In this document: piece after piece, positions 1-7,884 of the stretch
Layout of the letters: each line of letters starts with the position of its first letter
Numbering within the stretch: position 1 is the first letter of the stretch
Made by a program: the position numbers and the translations under genes
Notes under the pieces: generated by a model
Seen by the model: the letters and a program-made list of their open reading frames with translations, nothing else
Databases searched by the model: none
Told to the model about the DNA's origin: nothing
Source: Vicinamibacteria bacterium
Lineage (GTDB): Bacteria > Acidobacteriota > Vicinamibacteria > Fen-336
Length of the DNA stretch: 34,544 nucleotides
Direction of reading: 5' to 3'
NCBI GenBank assembly: GCA_044229815.1
Contig: JBGASI010000002.1
Coordinates: forward strand, 1-34,544

Positions 1-798
1 CTCGACCCCGCGCGAGTCGCGCGCGGAGACGCGCCAGCGGTAGGTCCCGACCCCGGGCAGCTCGACGCACAGCGGCGACGCGGACGCCTCGCGGCCCAGC
101 AGCACGGCCTCGCTCGCCAGCGCGAGCAGCTCCACGTGGTGCAGGACGCCCCGCGCCGCGGACCAGCGCAGCTCGAGCGACTGCCCCGGGCGGACGTAGA
201 CGGGATCGGCGCCGGGGCGCAGGCCCTTCGGGGGCTCGGGCAGCGGCGAGGGCGGCTCGGGCGGTCGCCCGTCGCTCACGAGCGTGCCCTCGCCGGCGCG
301 GATCTCGACCGTTCGTCCGGCGGCGCGCACGCGAAAGGCGCCCTCGAGCACGCTGGCGGTGGTGCGTCCCGCCGAGCGGCGCAGCACCAGCCGGCCGCCC
401 CCGCGCACCTCGCCCTCGCCCACCTGGATCTTCACGATGTCGCGGCCCGGTCCCGAGAACTCGGCGCGGCCCTGTTCGAGCACGGTGGAGAGCACCGCGG
501 TCGGCGGGACCGTCAGCATCGTCGAGGAGCCGAGCGTCACCGCCATCCACGGGAACTCGACGCGCGCGACACCGGCCTCGGCCGTGCGCAGGGTGTCTCC
601 CGTGCGCAGCTTGTCGCCCTCCGCCACCTTGACCCAGCGGGTCTTGTCGGGCGGCTCCGCGCGCAGCAGCTCGCGGTCGGCCCAGGAGATGTCGGCGATC
701 GCGATGCCGGCCCGGCCGCGCCGCGGGGCGGCCGGCTGGGCGCTCGCGTCGGCGGCGAGCGCAGCGAGGAGGGCGAGGACGGCGGCGGGGCGGGCCAT
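1..798 (-). CDS. FecR-domain secreted protein (partial; 3' end lies beyond the window start)
   Basis: Absent from the ORF track because it has no in-window stop. Hand translation of the minus strand from ATG 798-796 stays open to base 1 (266 codons). It begins MARPAAVLALLAALAADASAQ (signal-peptide-like). It continues KVAEGDKLRTGDTLRTAEAGVARVEFPWMAVTLGSSTMLTV...VGEGEVRGGGRLVLRR...VLEGAFRVRAAGRTVEIRAGEGTLV, which is FecR-like strand periodicity. It starts 8 nt after the wzc stop. Confidence 0.6.
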   Translation of the reverse strand, partial: MARPAAVLALLAALAADASAQPAAPRRGRAGIAIADISWADRELLRAEPPDKTRWVKVAEGDKLRTGDTLRTAEAGVARVEFPWMAVTLGSSTMLTVPPTAVLSTVLEQGRAEFSGPGRDIVKIQVGEGEVRGGGRLVLRRSAGRTTASVLEGAFRVRAAGRTVEIRAGEGTLVSDGRPPEPPSPLPEPPKGLRPGADPVYVRPGQSLELRWSAARGVLHHVELLALASEAVLLGREASASPLCVELPGVGTYRWRVSARDSRGVE

Positions 799-805
799 CC
801 CGCCT

Positions 806-2941
806 TCAGGCCCCCCCGGGGCGGGACGGCCGCTCGGGGCCGCGCCGGCCGCCGTGCGAGTCCGACCTCGCCCCGGTGCGCTCGCGGTCGCGCTGCGGGT
901 AGTAGTAGTACTGGTAGCCGCGCGTGTGCACGTCGACCACGTTGAGCACGGCGCCGAGCAGGTTCGGCGTCGCTTTGCGCAGGGCCACCACCGCGCGCTT
1001 GACCACCTTCTTGTCGACCTTGTTGTGCTGCACGACCAGCACCGTGTGGTCGGCGTGGCGCGCGAGCAGCAGCGCGTCGGTGACGGAGGCGAGCGGGGGC
1101 GAGTCGATCAGCACCCACTCGAAGTCGCGCCGCAGCGCCTCGAACAGCTCCCCCAGCTGCTTGCGCGCGAGCAGCGCCGGGGGGTTGGGCGGCAGCGGCC
1201 CCGCGGTGAGCGCGAAGAGGTTGGCGACGCTGGTCGGCCGCAGCAGCGAGGGCAGCGGGTCCTTGCGCACGAAGTAGTCGGTGAAGCCGGGCTCGCGGGC
1301 GAGCGACATGCGTTGGTGCAGCTGCGAGCGGCGCAGGTCGCAGTCCACGATCAGCGTCTTCTCGCCGGCGCCGGCCAGCAGCCGCGCCAGGTTCACGATC
1401 GTGGTGGTCTTGCCCTCCTGGGGCGCGGTGCCGGTGACGAGCACGACCTGCCCGCCCTCGTCGCGCCGCGCGAAGAGCAGCGCGGTGCGCAGGTTCTGGT
1501 AGGCCTCGGTCGCCAGCGTGTAGCTGCCCTCGTCGTAGCGGGGCACCGCCGCCAGCAGGTCGAGGTGCAGGTAGCGCTCGATCTCCTCGGCGTCGCGCAC
1601 GGTGTTGGCGAGGTAATCGCGCACCAGCACCAGCCCGAGCCCGCCGAACAGGCCGATCAGCAGCCCGGCCAGCGCAATCCGCCGCTTCTGCGGTCGCACC
1701 GGGTCCTGCGGCGGGCCCGCGCGCTCGACGACCGACACGTTGTTGCTGCGGATCGAGGCCGCGATGTCGGTCTCGTTGAGCTTCTGCAGCAGCACCTCGT
1801 ACAGGCTCTTGGCCGAGTCGGCCTCCTTGCGCCGCGCCTCGAGCTCGATCGACTTGCGGCTCTGGTTCGCGGCCTGGGCCTTCTGGGCGTCGATCGCCCC
1901 GCGCAGCTCGGCCTCGCGCTTGCGCAGCTGCGAGTACTCGGCGTCGAGGTTGTCGAGGATCTGCGCGGCGCGCGCCTGCTTCGCCTTCTTCAGCTGCTCG
2001 AGCTGCGCCTTGATCTTCTGGACCTCGGGGTGACCCTCCTTGAACTTCTCGCCGAGCTTGCCGAGGTCGACCGCGAGCGCGGCGATCTGGGTGTTGAAGG
2101 TGGCGACCACCGGGTCGGCCGCGACCTGGGGCAGGGCGTCGAGGCCCTCGTCGCGGCGGCGCATCTCGTTCGCCTGCTTGAGCGCCGCCTCGATCGCGAT
2201 CCGGCGCGAGGTCGCCTGCACGAAGTCCTCGCTCAGCTTCGCGATCGAGGACGAGGCCGCCGAGACGCTGCCCTCGGGCACGAACAGGTCCTGGCTGCGG
2301 TAGCTCTCGAACAGCTTGTCCTGGGCCTCGCGCATGCCCTGCTGCGTGGCGACGAGCCGCTCCTGCAGCCACTCGTAGGCCTTGCGCGCCGACTCGACGC
2401 GGGAGGACAGCGACTGGTCGATGTAGACCTCCGCCAGGGAGTTGGCCCATAGCGCGGCCTCGCGCGGGTCGCGGTGCGTCACGGTGACGAGCACGAGCCG
2501 GCTCTCGGGCACGGGCTCGACGCCGACGTGGCCCATGAAGAGCAGCGCCGCGTCGGGCGAGGACTTGAAGGGCTCGCGGTCGGTGAGCTTCAGCTTCGCG
2601 ACCACCTTCTCCCCGAGTCCCTTCGAGCGCAGCACCTTGAACTGGGTGTTGTAGAAGTCGGTGTTCTGCCAGTAGTTCCCCGCCCCGACCAGCGCGTCGG
2701 TGACGGTCAGGAACGTGGGCGTCGGCGGCTCGATCTGCAGCATCACCCCGGCGCGGTACTCGGGCGTCTGCACGAGCGCGACCACCAGCCCGAGCAGCAG
2801 GCCGACGAGGGCGCAGGCGGCAAGGAACGCGCGGTGCCGCCAGAGCAGGCCCGCGTAGTAGCGGACGTCGATGTCGCGCTCGCCCGGCGGCGGCGGCTCG
2901 GGGAAGGGCGTCGCGGGACGCGCGGGAAGCGGGTGGCCCAC
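806..2941 (-). CDS. wzc: Polysaccharide co-polymerase / BY tyrosine kinase (PCP-2a, Wzc/GumC-like)
   Basis: 711-aa ORF with a GTG start, 1 nt after the wza stop. It has an N-terminal TM helix and a long Wzz-type coiled-coil periplasmic region, then a second TM (IALAGLLIGLFGGLGLVLV). The P-loop domain shows Walker A GTAPQEGKTTT, A' LIVDCDLRR and B VLIDSPP. A C-terminal Tyr cluster GYQYYYY lies at 899-916. Confidence 0.9.
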   Translation of the reverse strand: MGHPLPARPATPFPEPPPPGERDIDVRYYAGLLWRHRAFLAACALVGLLLGLVVALVQTPEYRAGVMLQIEPPTPTFLTVTDALVGAGNYWQNTDFYNTQFKVLRSKGLGEKVVAKLKLTDREPFKSSPDAALLFMGHVGVEPVPESRLVLVTVTHRDPREAALWANSLAEVYIDQSLSSRVESARKAYEWLQERLVATQQGMREAQDKLFESYRSQDLFVPEGSVSAASSSIAKLSEDFVQATSRRIAIEAALKQANEMRRRDEGLDALPQVAADPVVATFNTQIAALAVDLGKLGEKFKEGHPEVQKIKAQLEQLKKAKQARAAQILDNLDAEYSQLRKREAELRGAIDAQKAQAANQSRKSIELEARRKEADSAKSLYEVLLQKLNETDIAASIRSNNVSVVERAGPPQDPVRPQKRRIALAGLLIGLFGGLGLVLVRDYLANTVRDAEEIERYLHLDLLAAVPRYDEGSYTLATEAYQNLRTALLFARRDEGGQVVLVTGTAPQEGKTTTIVNLARLLAGAGEKTLIVDCDLRRSQLHQRMSLAREPGFTDYFVRKDPLPSLLRPTSVANLFALTAGPLPPNPPALLARKQLGELFEALRRDFEWVLIDSPPLASVTDALLLARHADHTVLVVQHNKVDKKVVKRAVVALRKATPNLLGAVLNVVDVHTRGYQYYYYPQRDRERTGARSDSHGGRRGPERPSRPGGA

Positions 2942-2942
2942 C

Positions 2943-3785
2943 TCAGAACACCCGTCGGCCGACGGAGACCACGTCGTTCGGCAGCAGGGGCACGTCCGGC
3001 TTCTTGCCGTTGCGGACGTTCTTGATGTCGACCTCGATCAGTGTCACCTTGCCCGCCTCGCTGCGGCGCACCTTGACGTTGTTGCTGCCGAAACGGGTGA
3101 GCCCGCCGGCGAGCGAGACGGCGCCGGTCACCGTCAGGTCGGCCTCGATCGCGTAGCGGCCGGGCCGGTTGACCTCGCCGTCCACCGTCACGAAGAACTT
3201 CGGCGAGGCGGTGATGATGTCGCCGTTCTTCAGCGGCAGCTCCAGGTTCACGCGGTCCTGCAGGCTGGGAGTGCCGGCGTTCGAGATGCGCACGGTCAGC
3301 GTGCGTGCCCCGCCCTCGAAGGTGCCGTCCGCGCGCGCGATCACCACCTCGCCCGAGGCGCTCGGCCGGAACCCCCCGGCCTCGATCAGCAGGTCGATCA
3401 GTCGTGTGTTCCCGCGCAGGGGCTTGCGGCCAGGCGCGTTCACCTCGCCCACCACCGACACGTGCTGGCTCTGATACTCGCGGACCTTCACCTCGACCAG
3501 CGGGTTGATCAGGTAGTCCTTGGCCAGCAGGTTCGTGATCTTGCGCTGCACCTCGGCCACCGTCAGCGCCGCGACCTGCAGCTCACCGAGCAGCGGCAGC
3601 ACGATCGTGCCGTTGGTCTGCACCGTCGGGATGCGCGAGAGGTCCTCGTTGCCGTAGACGAGCACCTCGAGCACGTCGCCGGGGCCGACCTGGTAGTCGG
3701 AGGCGGCCGGCGGCGCCGGCGCCGGCGGGCGCGCGACCCCCGCGGGCGCCTGCAGCAGCAGGGCGAGGACGGCGGTGGCGATCAC
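2943..3785 (-). CDS. wza: Periplasmic polysaccharide export protein (OPX, Wza-like, short form)
   Basis: 280 aa. A signal peptide without Cys is followed by the Poly_export motif SDYQVGPGDVLEVLVYGNEDL...NGTIVLPLLGELQVAALTVAEVQRKI and SLBB-like repeats (VSVVGEVNAPGR, VTVDGEVNRPGRY). The ATG overlaps the upstream stop (ATGA at 3782-3785). Confidence 0.9.
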   Translation of the reverse strand: MIATAVLALLLQAPAGVARPPAPAPPAASDYQVGPGDVLEVLVYGNEDLSRIPTVQTNGTIVLPLLGELQVAALTVAEVQRKITNLLAKDYLINPLVEVKVREYQSQHVSVVGEVNAPGRKPLRGNTRLIDLLIEAGGFRPSASGEVVIARADGTFEGGARTLTVRISNAGTPSLQDRVNLELPLKNGDIITASPKFFVTVDGEVNRPGRYAIEADLTVTGAVSLAGGLTRFGSNNVKVRRSEAGKVTLIEVDIKNVRNGKKPDVPLLPNDVVSVGRRVF

Positions 3786-5386
3786 GAGCCGGTCCTCCCG
3801 GGGCCGAACAGGCCCACGCCGAGCTGCACGACGAAACCGCTCGTGGTCACGTCGTAGCCGGGCAGGTTGGAGTTGCGCCGCTCGCGCCGGTAGTCGGCGC
3901 GCACGAAGGCGCGCCAGCCGAGCTGCCGGCCGATGCCGATCGTCCAGCCGAGGATGTCGTCCCGGCGCGGCGCGCCGAGCCCGGCGGCGTCGTTCGGGTA
4001 GGCGTTGCGCAGGGCGCTGAGCGAGCCGCGCAGCGAGGTCTGGTACGGCCCGGCCAGCGTCAGCGACACGACCGCGGAGTTCGTCACGTAGTAGGCGTTC
4101 GTCTCGAAGGCCGAGGGCATCGCCGCGCGGTTGAGCTGCAGGTCGACGGAGCTCGAGTGGCCCAGCTCGCGCCGGAGCGTGCCGCCGAGCGTGAGTCCCT
4201 TGTAGGAAGCGCTGGCGGCGCTCGCCAGCGGGTTCCTCTGGCTGCGGTAGCCGGCCGAGAGCGACCCCGTCATCAGCGGCCCGAGCGGTCCCGTGAGCGT
4301 GAGGCCCACCTGGTGGGCGGAGGTCTGCACCAGGGCCCGGTCGGGAGACGGCGGGATGCGCTGGATGGAGTAGCTCACGACGGCCCTCAGATCGCCGCCC
4401 AGATCGTAGCCCAGGCCGGCGCGGGCCGTACGCGAGTCGTAGTCGAAGAAGCCCTGGCCCGCGGCCGCCCCGAAGCGGGTCCGGCCCCAGCCGGCCTCGG
4501 CCTCGGCGAAGAGACGGGGGCCGAGGTCGACGTTGGCGAGGGCGAGGAGCTCGTTGAAGTCGTACGGGGCGAGGTTGAAGAAGTACTCGCGCCCCGCGTC
4601 GACGACGCCCGTCTCGAGCGTCGCGTGCGTGAAACGGTCGCTCACGCGCAGGCGGACCCGGCTCCCGAGCGGCAGCTCGAGCCGCAGGCCGGCGAGGTGC
4701 GAGGTGTCGTTGACCGCTGCGATGTCGGAGAAGAAGCGCAGGCGCGGCTCGTAGTCGGCCGAGAGCTGGCCGCCGAGGAGCGGCGTCGAGGCCGTGAGGC
4801 CGGGCGCCAGCTGCAGGTAGCGCGTCGGGACGGGCGTCGGGGAGTCGAAGGCCGCGACGTCGGCGTCGACCCAGCTCGCGCTGAGGTAGGGCCGCAGCGC
4901 CACGGGGCCGAGGGCGATCCCCTCCACGGGCTCGCCGGGTCCGGGCGACGGCTCGGTGTCGACGGGCGCGGCCGGGACCGCGGTGGTCGGGAACAGCCGC
5001 GCGTAGAGCTCCTCGCTGACCGGGCCGCGCAGCTCGGGCGCGGGCTGCTCGCCGAAGACGACGGTCAGCATTCCCGGCTCCTGGCTCGCCTCGAAGGGGA
5101 CCTCGGCGGCCACCCTGATGCGCACCACCGTGCGCCCCGGCTCGCGCTCGATCGTGAGGGCCTCGAGCGGCTTCTCGAGCGCCGGCACGCGCAGCTCCGC
5201 CGGCGCCGGGGCCGGCACGCGCAGCACGACCACCTCGCCCTCGCGCACGACCTCAGCGGACGGCATGTCGTCGGAGCCCAGCAGCCGCACCGCCGTGCGC
5301 AGGTCGAGGCTCGTCACGCGCACGGCGCGCACCTCCGGCGTCGAGGCCGCCGCCAGGCCCGCGAGCGCCGCCAGGGCGAGCCTCAC
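3782..5386 (-). CDS. Outer-membrane beta-barrel protein with N-terminal AMIN-like domain
   Basis: This is the C-terminal 534 codons of track ORF 3782..6418. The start is taken at GTG 5386-5384 (VRLALAALAGLAAAS, signal-like), which overlaps the TGA of the upstream gene (GTGA). From about aa 150 there are long runs of alternating hydrophobic and polar residues with G/Y/R/D turns (RAGLGYDLGGDLRAVVSYSIQ, AFVRADYRRERRNSN). The end ...GFVVQLGVGLFGPGRTGS is typical of OM barrels. Confidence 0.75.
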   Translation of the reverse strand: MRLALAALAGLAAASTPEVRAVRVTSLDLRTAVRLLGSDDMPSAEVVREGEVVVLRVPAPAPAELRVPALEKPLEALTIEREPGRTVVRIRVAAEVPFEASQEPGMLTVVFGEQPAPELRGPVSEELYARLFPTTAVPAAPVDTEPSPGPGEPVEGIALGPVALRPYLSASWVDADVAAFDSPTPVPTRYLQLAPGLTASTPLLGGQLSADYEPRLRFFSDIAAVNDTSHLAGLRLELPLGSRVRLRVSDRFTHATLETGVVDAGREYFFNLAPYDFNELLALANVDLGPRLFAEAEAGWGRTRFGAAAGQGFFDYDSRTARAGLGYDLGGDLRAVVSYSIQRIPPSPDRALVQTSAHQVGLTLTGPLGPLMTGSLSAGYRSQRNPLASAASASYKGLTLGGTLRRELGHSSSVDLQLNRAAMPSAFETNAYYVTNSAVVSLTLAGPYQTSLRGSLSALRNAYPNDAAGLGAPRRDDILGWTIGIGRQLGWRAFVRADYRRERRNSNLPGYDVTTSGFVVQLGVGLFGPGRTGS

Positions 5387-6531
5387 GGGGCTTCCCGTGC
5401 ATCCGGCGCCCGGCGCTCGTAGAAGAGCAGGACCAGCACCACGGCCACCACCGCCAGCGCCTGGAGCAGGATGATCAGCGAGGGCACGAGGCGCGCGTGC
5501 GGCAGGCCGACCGCGCCGAGCCCGATGCCGAGCGCGATCAGGTAGATCGTGCCCACCGCGAGCGGCCGGCTCATGCCGAGCGAGACGAGGCGGTGCGAGA
5601 GGTGGCGCGAGTCGCCGACGTAGATCGGCCGGCCCTCGCGCAGCCGGATCACCACCACCGTGGCGGTGTCGAGGATGGGCAGCGCGAGCACCAGCACCGG
5701 CATCAGCACCGGGAAGTAGGTGCTCGAGGCGTGCGAGACGAAGCGCTCCAGCAGCGTGAGCGAGGCGAGCGTGAAGCCGATGAACAGGCTGCCGCAGTCG
5801 CCGAGGAAGATCGAGGCGGGGTGCCAGTTGTAGACGAGAAAGCCGAGCAGGCTCCCCATCAGCGCCACCAGCAGCAGGCTGACGAAGAACTCGCCGAGCA
5901 GCCAGGCGTTGAGCAGCAGCACCAGGCAGGCGATGAAGGCGACGCCGGCGCTGAGCCCGTCCATGTTGTCGAGGAGGTTGAAGGCGTTCGTGATCCCGAC
6001 CACCCAGACGAGCGTCAGCGCGACGTTGAGCACGTCGAAGTAGAGGATGTCGGTCTTGATCCCGGCCGCGACCAGGGCGAGGGCCGCGAGCACCTGGCCC
6101 GCGAGCTTGGCGCCGGGGCCGAAGCGGTTGCCGAGCACGTCGTCGAGCAGGCCGACCACGAAGGCGAGGCTGCCGCCGATCAGCAGGGCGACGAGCTTCG
6201 ACTCGACACGGTAGGCGTCCTGCAGCAGGGCGATCGGGGCCGCGAAGGTGCGGGCGACGAGCGGCAGCTGTGCGAGCAGCGGGACGCCCCGGTAGCCGGC
6301 CAGCACCACCGCGGTGAACGAGGCCCAGACCGCGATGCCGCCGATGCGCGGCGTGGGGGTCGCGTGGACCTTGCGCGTGCCGGGGGCGTCGAGGATCCCG
6401 AAGCGGCGCGCGAGCCACCCCGCCGCCGGGACGAGCAGCGCGGAGAGGGCGAACGCCAGGACCAGGACGCCGATCGGGACGAGGGCGGTGGTCACGGGGG
6501 GATCAGGCCGCCTTGCGCAGCCGCGCGGCAC
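5383..6531 (-). CDS. Polyprenyl-phosphate N-acetylhexosamine-1-phosphate transferase (Glycos_transf_4, WecA/MraY family)
   Basis: 382-aa polytopic membrane ORF. Motifs seen: LDAPGTRKVHATPTPRIGGIAV, LLDDVLG, ITNAFNLLDNMDGLSAG. The start is uncertain. ATG 6531 overlaps the upstream gene by 29 nt. GTG 6495 (VTTALVPIG...) lies 8 nt after the upstream stop. Confidence 0.88.
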   Translation of the reverse strand: MPRGCARRPDPPVTTALVPIGVLVLAFALSALLVPAAGWLARRFGILDAPGTRKVHATPTPRIGGIAVWASFTAVVLAGYRGVPLLAQLPLVARTFAAPIALLQDAYRVESKLVALLIGGSLAFVVGLLDDVLGNRFGPGAKLAGQVLAALALVAAGIKTDILYFDVLNVALTLVWVVGITNAFNLLDNMDGLSAGVAFIACLVLLLNAWLLGEFFVSLLLVALMGSLLGFLVYNWHPASIFLGDCGSLFIGFTLASLTLLERFVSHASSTYFPVLMPVLVLALPILDTATVVVIRLREGRPIYVGDSRHLSHRLVSLGMSRPLAVGTIYLIALGIGLGAVGLPHARLVPSLIILLQALAVVAVVLVLLFYERRAPDAREAP

Positions 6532-7732
6532 GCGCCGCGCGCAGCTCGCGGTAGAGGGCGTCGACGTCGTGGACCAGCCGGTCCGACGAGTGGCGCCGCA
6601 GGACGTGCTCCCGACCAGCCAGCGCGCGACGGCGCGCGGCCTCGGACTGTTCGATCGTCTCCAGGATCGCGCGCGCGAGGGTCTCGGGCTCGCCGGGCGG
6701 AACGAGGCGCCCGCGCTCGTCCTCGCCGACGAGGTCCGGCGTCCCGCCGACGCGGGTCGCCACGACCGGCCGGGCGGCGGCCATCGCCTCGATCAGCGCC
6801 ACCGGCGTGCCCTCGTTGCGCGAGGCGTTCACGACCACGTCGAGGTCGCCGTAGACCGGCGCGAGATCCTCCCGCCAGCCGAGGAAGCTCAGGGCCGCGC
6901 CGAGGCCGAGCTGGCGCGCCTGCCGTTCGAGCGGCGCCCGCTGCTCGCCGTCGCCGACCAGGGCGAAGCGCGCGTCGGGCCGCGCCTCGCTCACGCGGCG
7001 CGCGGCGAGCAGGAACGTGGGGACGTCCTTGATCGGCACCAGCCGTCCGACCATGCCGACGAGCGGCGCGTCGGGCGCGATCCCGCACTCCGCGCGCAGG
7101 ACTCCCCGCGGCAGCTCGACGGCGAGGTGGCCGAGCTCGAGCCCGAGCGGGACGACGCGGATCCGCTCGGCCGGCGCCACGCCGAGCTCGACGAGGTCCC
7201 GCTTCACCGCGTCCGAGACCGCCACGAGCGAGTCCGCCAGGCGCGCGAGGCGTGCCTCGAGGCGGCGGAAGAGCGCCGTCTTCGCGGGCGAGAAGTAGCC
7301 GCGCAGCACGTGGCCGTGGAAAGTATGGACGACGGTCGGCACGCCGGCCGCGCGCGCGGCCAGGCGGCCGAGCAGCCCCGCCTTGGCCGTGTGGGTGTGG
7401 ACGATCTGCGGCCGCCAGGCGCGCAGCAGGCGCGTGAGCCCGAGGAGGGCGCGCGCGTCGCGCAGCGGCGCGATCTCGCGCCCGAGCCCGCCCATGGCCT
7501 CGCAGGTGACGTCCTTGCGGGCCGCGAGCGGGAGCATGTTGCCCTCGCGCGCCGACTCGGTCCCGACGATGAGCCGGGTCTCGTAGCCGAGCGGCCGCAG
7601 CCCCGCGCTGAGGAGGATCACGTGCACCGAGGGACCGCCGACGTTCAGCCGCGAGAAGACACGGGCGACACGCACCGGTGCCTGCGCCTCACGCACCCCC
7701 ATCGCACCCTCGGCGTCGGACGCCTGGCTCAT
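6503..7732 (-). CDS. Glycosyltransferase, GT-B fold (group 1 / GT4-like)
   Basis: 409 aa. Motifs seen: HTHTAKAGLLGRLAA, VAVSDAVKRDL, and C-terminal NEGTPVALIEAMAAARPVVATRVGGTPDLV (E-x7-E type). An SD-like GGAGAGGGA lies directly upstream of ATG 7732. Confidence 0.88.
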   Translation of the reverse strand: MSQASDAEGAMGVREAQAPVRVARVFSRLNVGGPSVHVILLSAGLRPLGYETRLIVGTESAREGNMLPLAARKDVTCEAMGGLGREIAPLRDARALLGLTRLLRAWRPQIVHTHTAKAGLLGRLAARAAGVPTVVHTFHGHVLRGYFSPAKTALFRRLEARLARLADSLVAVSDAVKRDLVELGVAPAERIRVVPLGLELGHLAVELPRGVLRAECGIAPDAPLVGMVGRLVPIKDVPTFLLAARRVSEARPDARFALVGDGEQRAPLERQARQLGLGAALSFLGWREDLAPVYGDLDVVVNASRNEGTPVALIEAMAAARPVVATRVGGTPDLVGEDERGRLVPPGEPETLARAILETIEQSEAARRRALAGREHVLRRHSSDRLVHDVDALYRELRAARAARLRKAA

Positions 7733-7765
7733 TCCCTCTCCGGAGACACCCCGACCAATCGCGGG

Positions 7766-7794
7766 AGGGTAGCATCCGACTCGAGGTGCGTCAA
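7766..7794 (-). promoter_or_regulatory. Candidate sigma70-type promoter for the GT/WecA/barrel/wza/wzc/FecR operon
   Basis: Minus strand reads TTGACG (7794-7789), a 17-nt spacer, then TACCCT (7771-7766). This sits about 35 nt upstream of ATG 7732. An unusually AT-rich stretch (7791-7832) lies upstream of the -35, in UP-element position. Confidence 0.35.
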
Positions 7795-7849
7795 TCTAAG
7801 TTGTGAGTTTTGTTACAGATTCGGGTCATTGGCGCGTCCTTGCACCAGA

Positions 7850-7868
7850 CCCGCGCCCGGTGCGCGGG
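7850..7868 (-). terminator. GC hairpin downstream of the DUF218 gene (possible intrinsic terminator)
   Basis: Perfect 7-bp stem cccgcgc/gcgcggg with a 5-nt loop, 16 nt after the TAA at 7885-7887. The trailing sequence on the minus strand is TCTGGTG, a poor U-tract. Confidence 0.3.
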
Positions 7869-7884
7869 CCGGATGGCGGACCGC

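Noticed and set aside
284-2452. 722-aa (plus) and 637-aa (minus, 537..2450) ORFs overlapping wzc1
   Set aside because: The composition is low-complexity and Arg/Pro-rich. The 806..2941 minus frame carries the Wzz, Walker A/A'/B and Tyr-cluster motifs, so the others are shadow frames.
3782-6418. 878-aa ORF as a single large protein
   Set aside because: Its N-terminal 344 residues are an out-of-frame shadow of the WecA-like gene, which has clear Glycos_transf_4 motifs in the 5383..6531 frame. A signal-peptide-like GTG start at 5386 overlapping the WecA-like stop gives a coherent 534-aa barrel protein.
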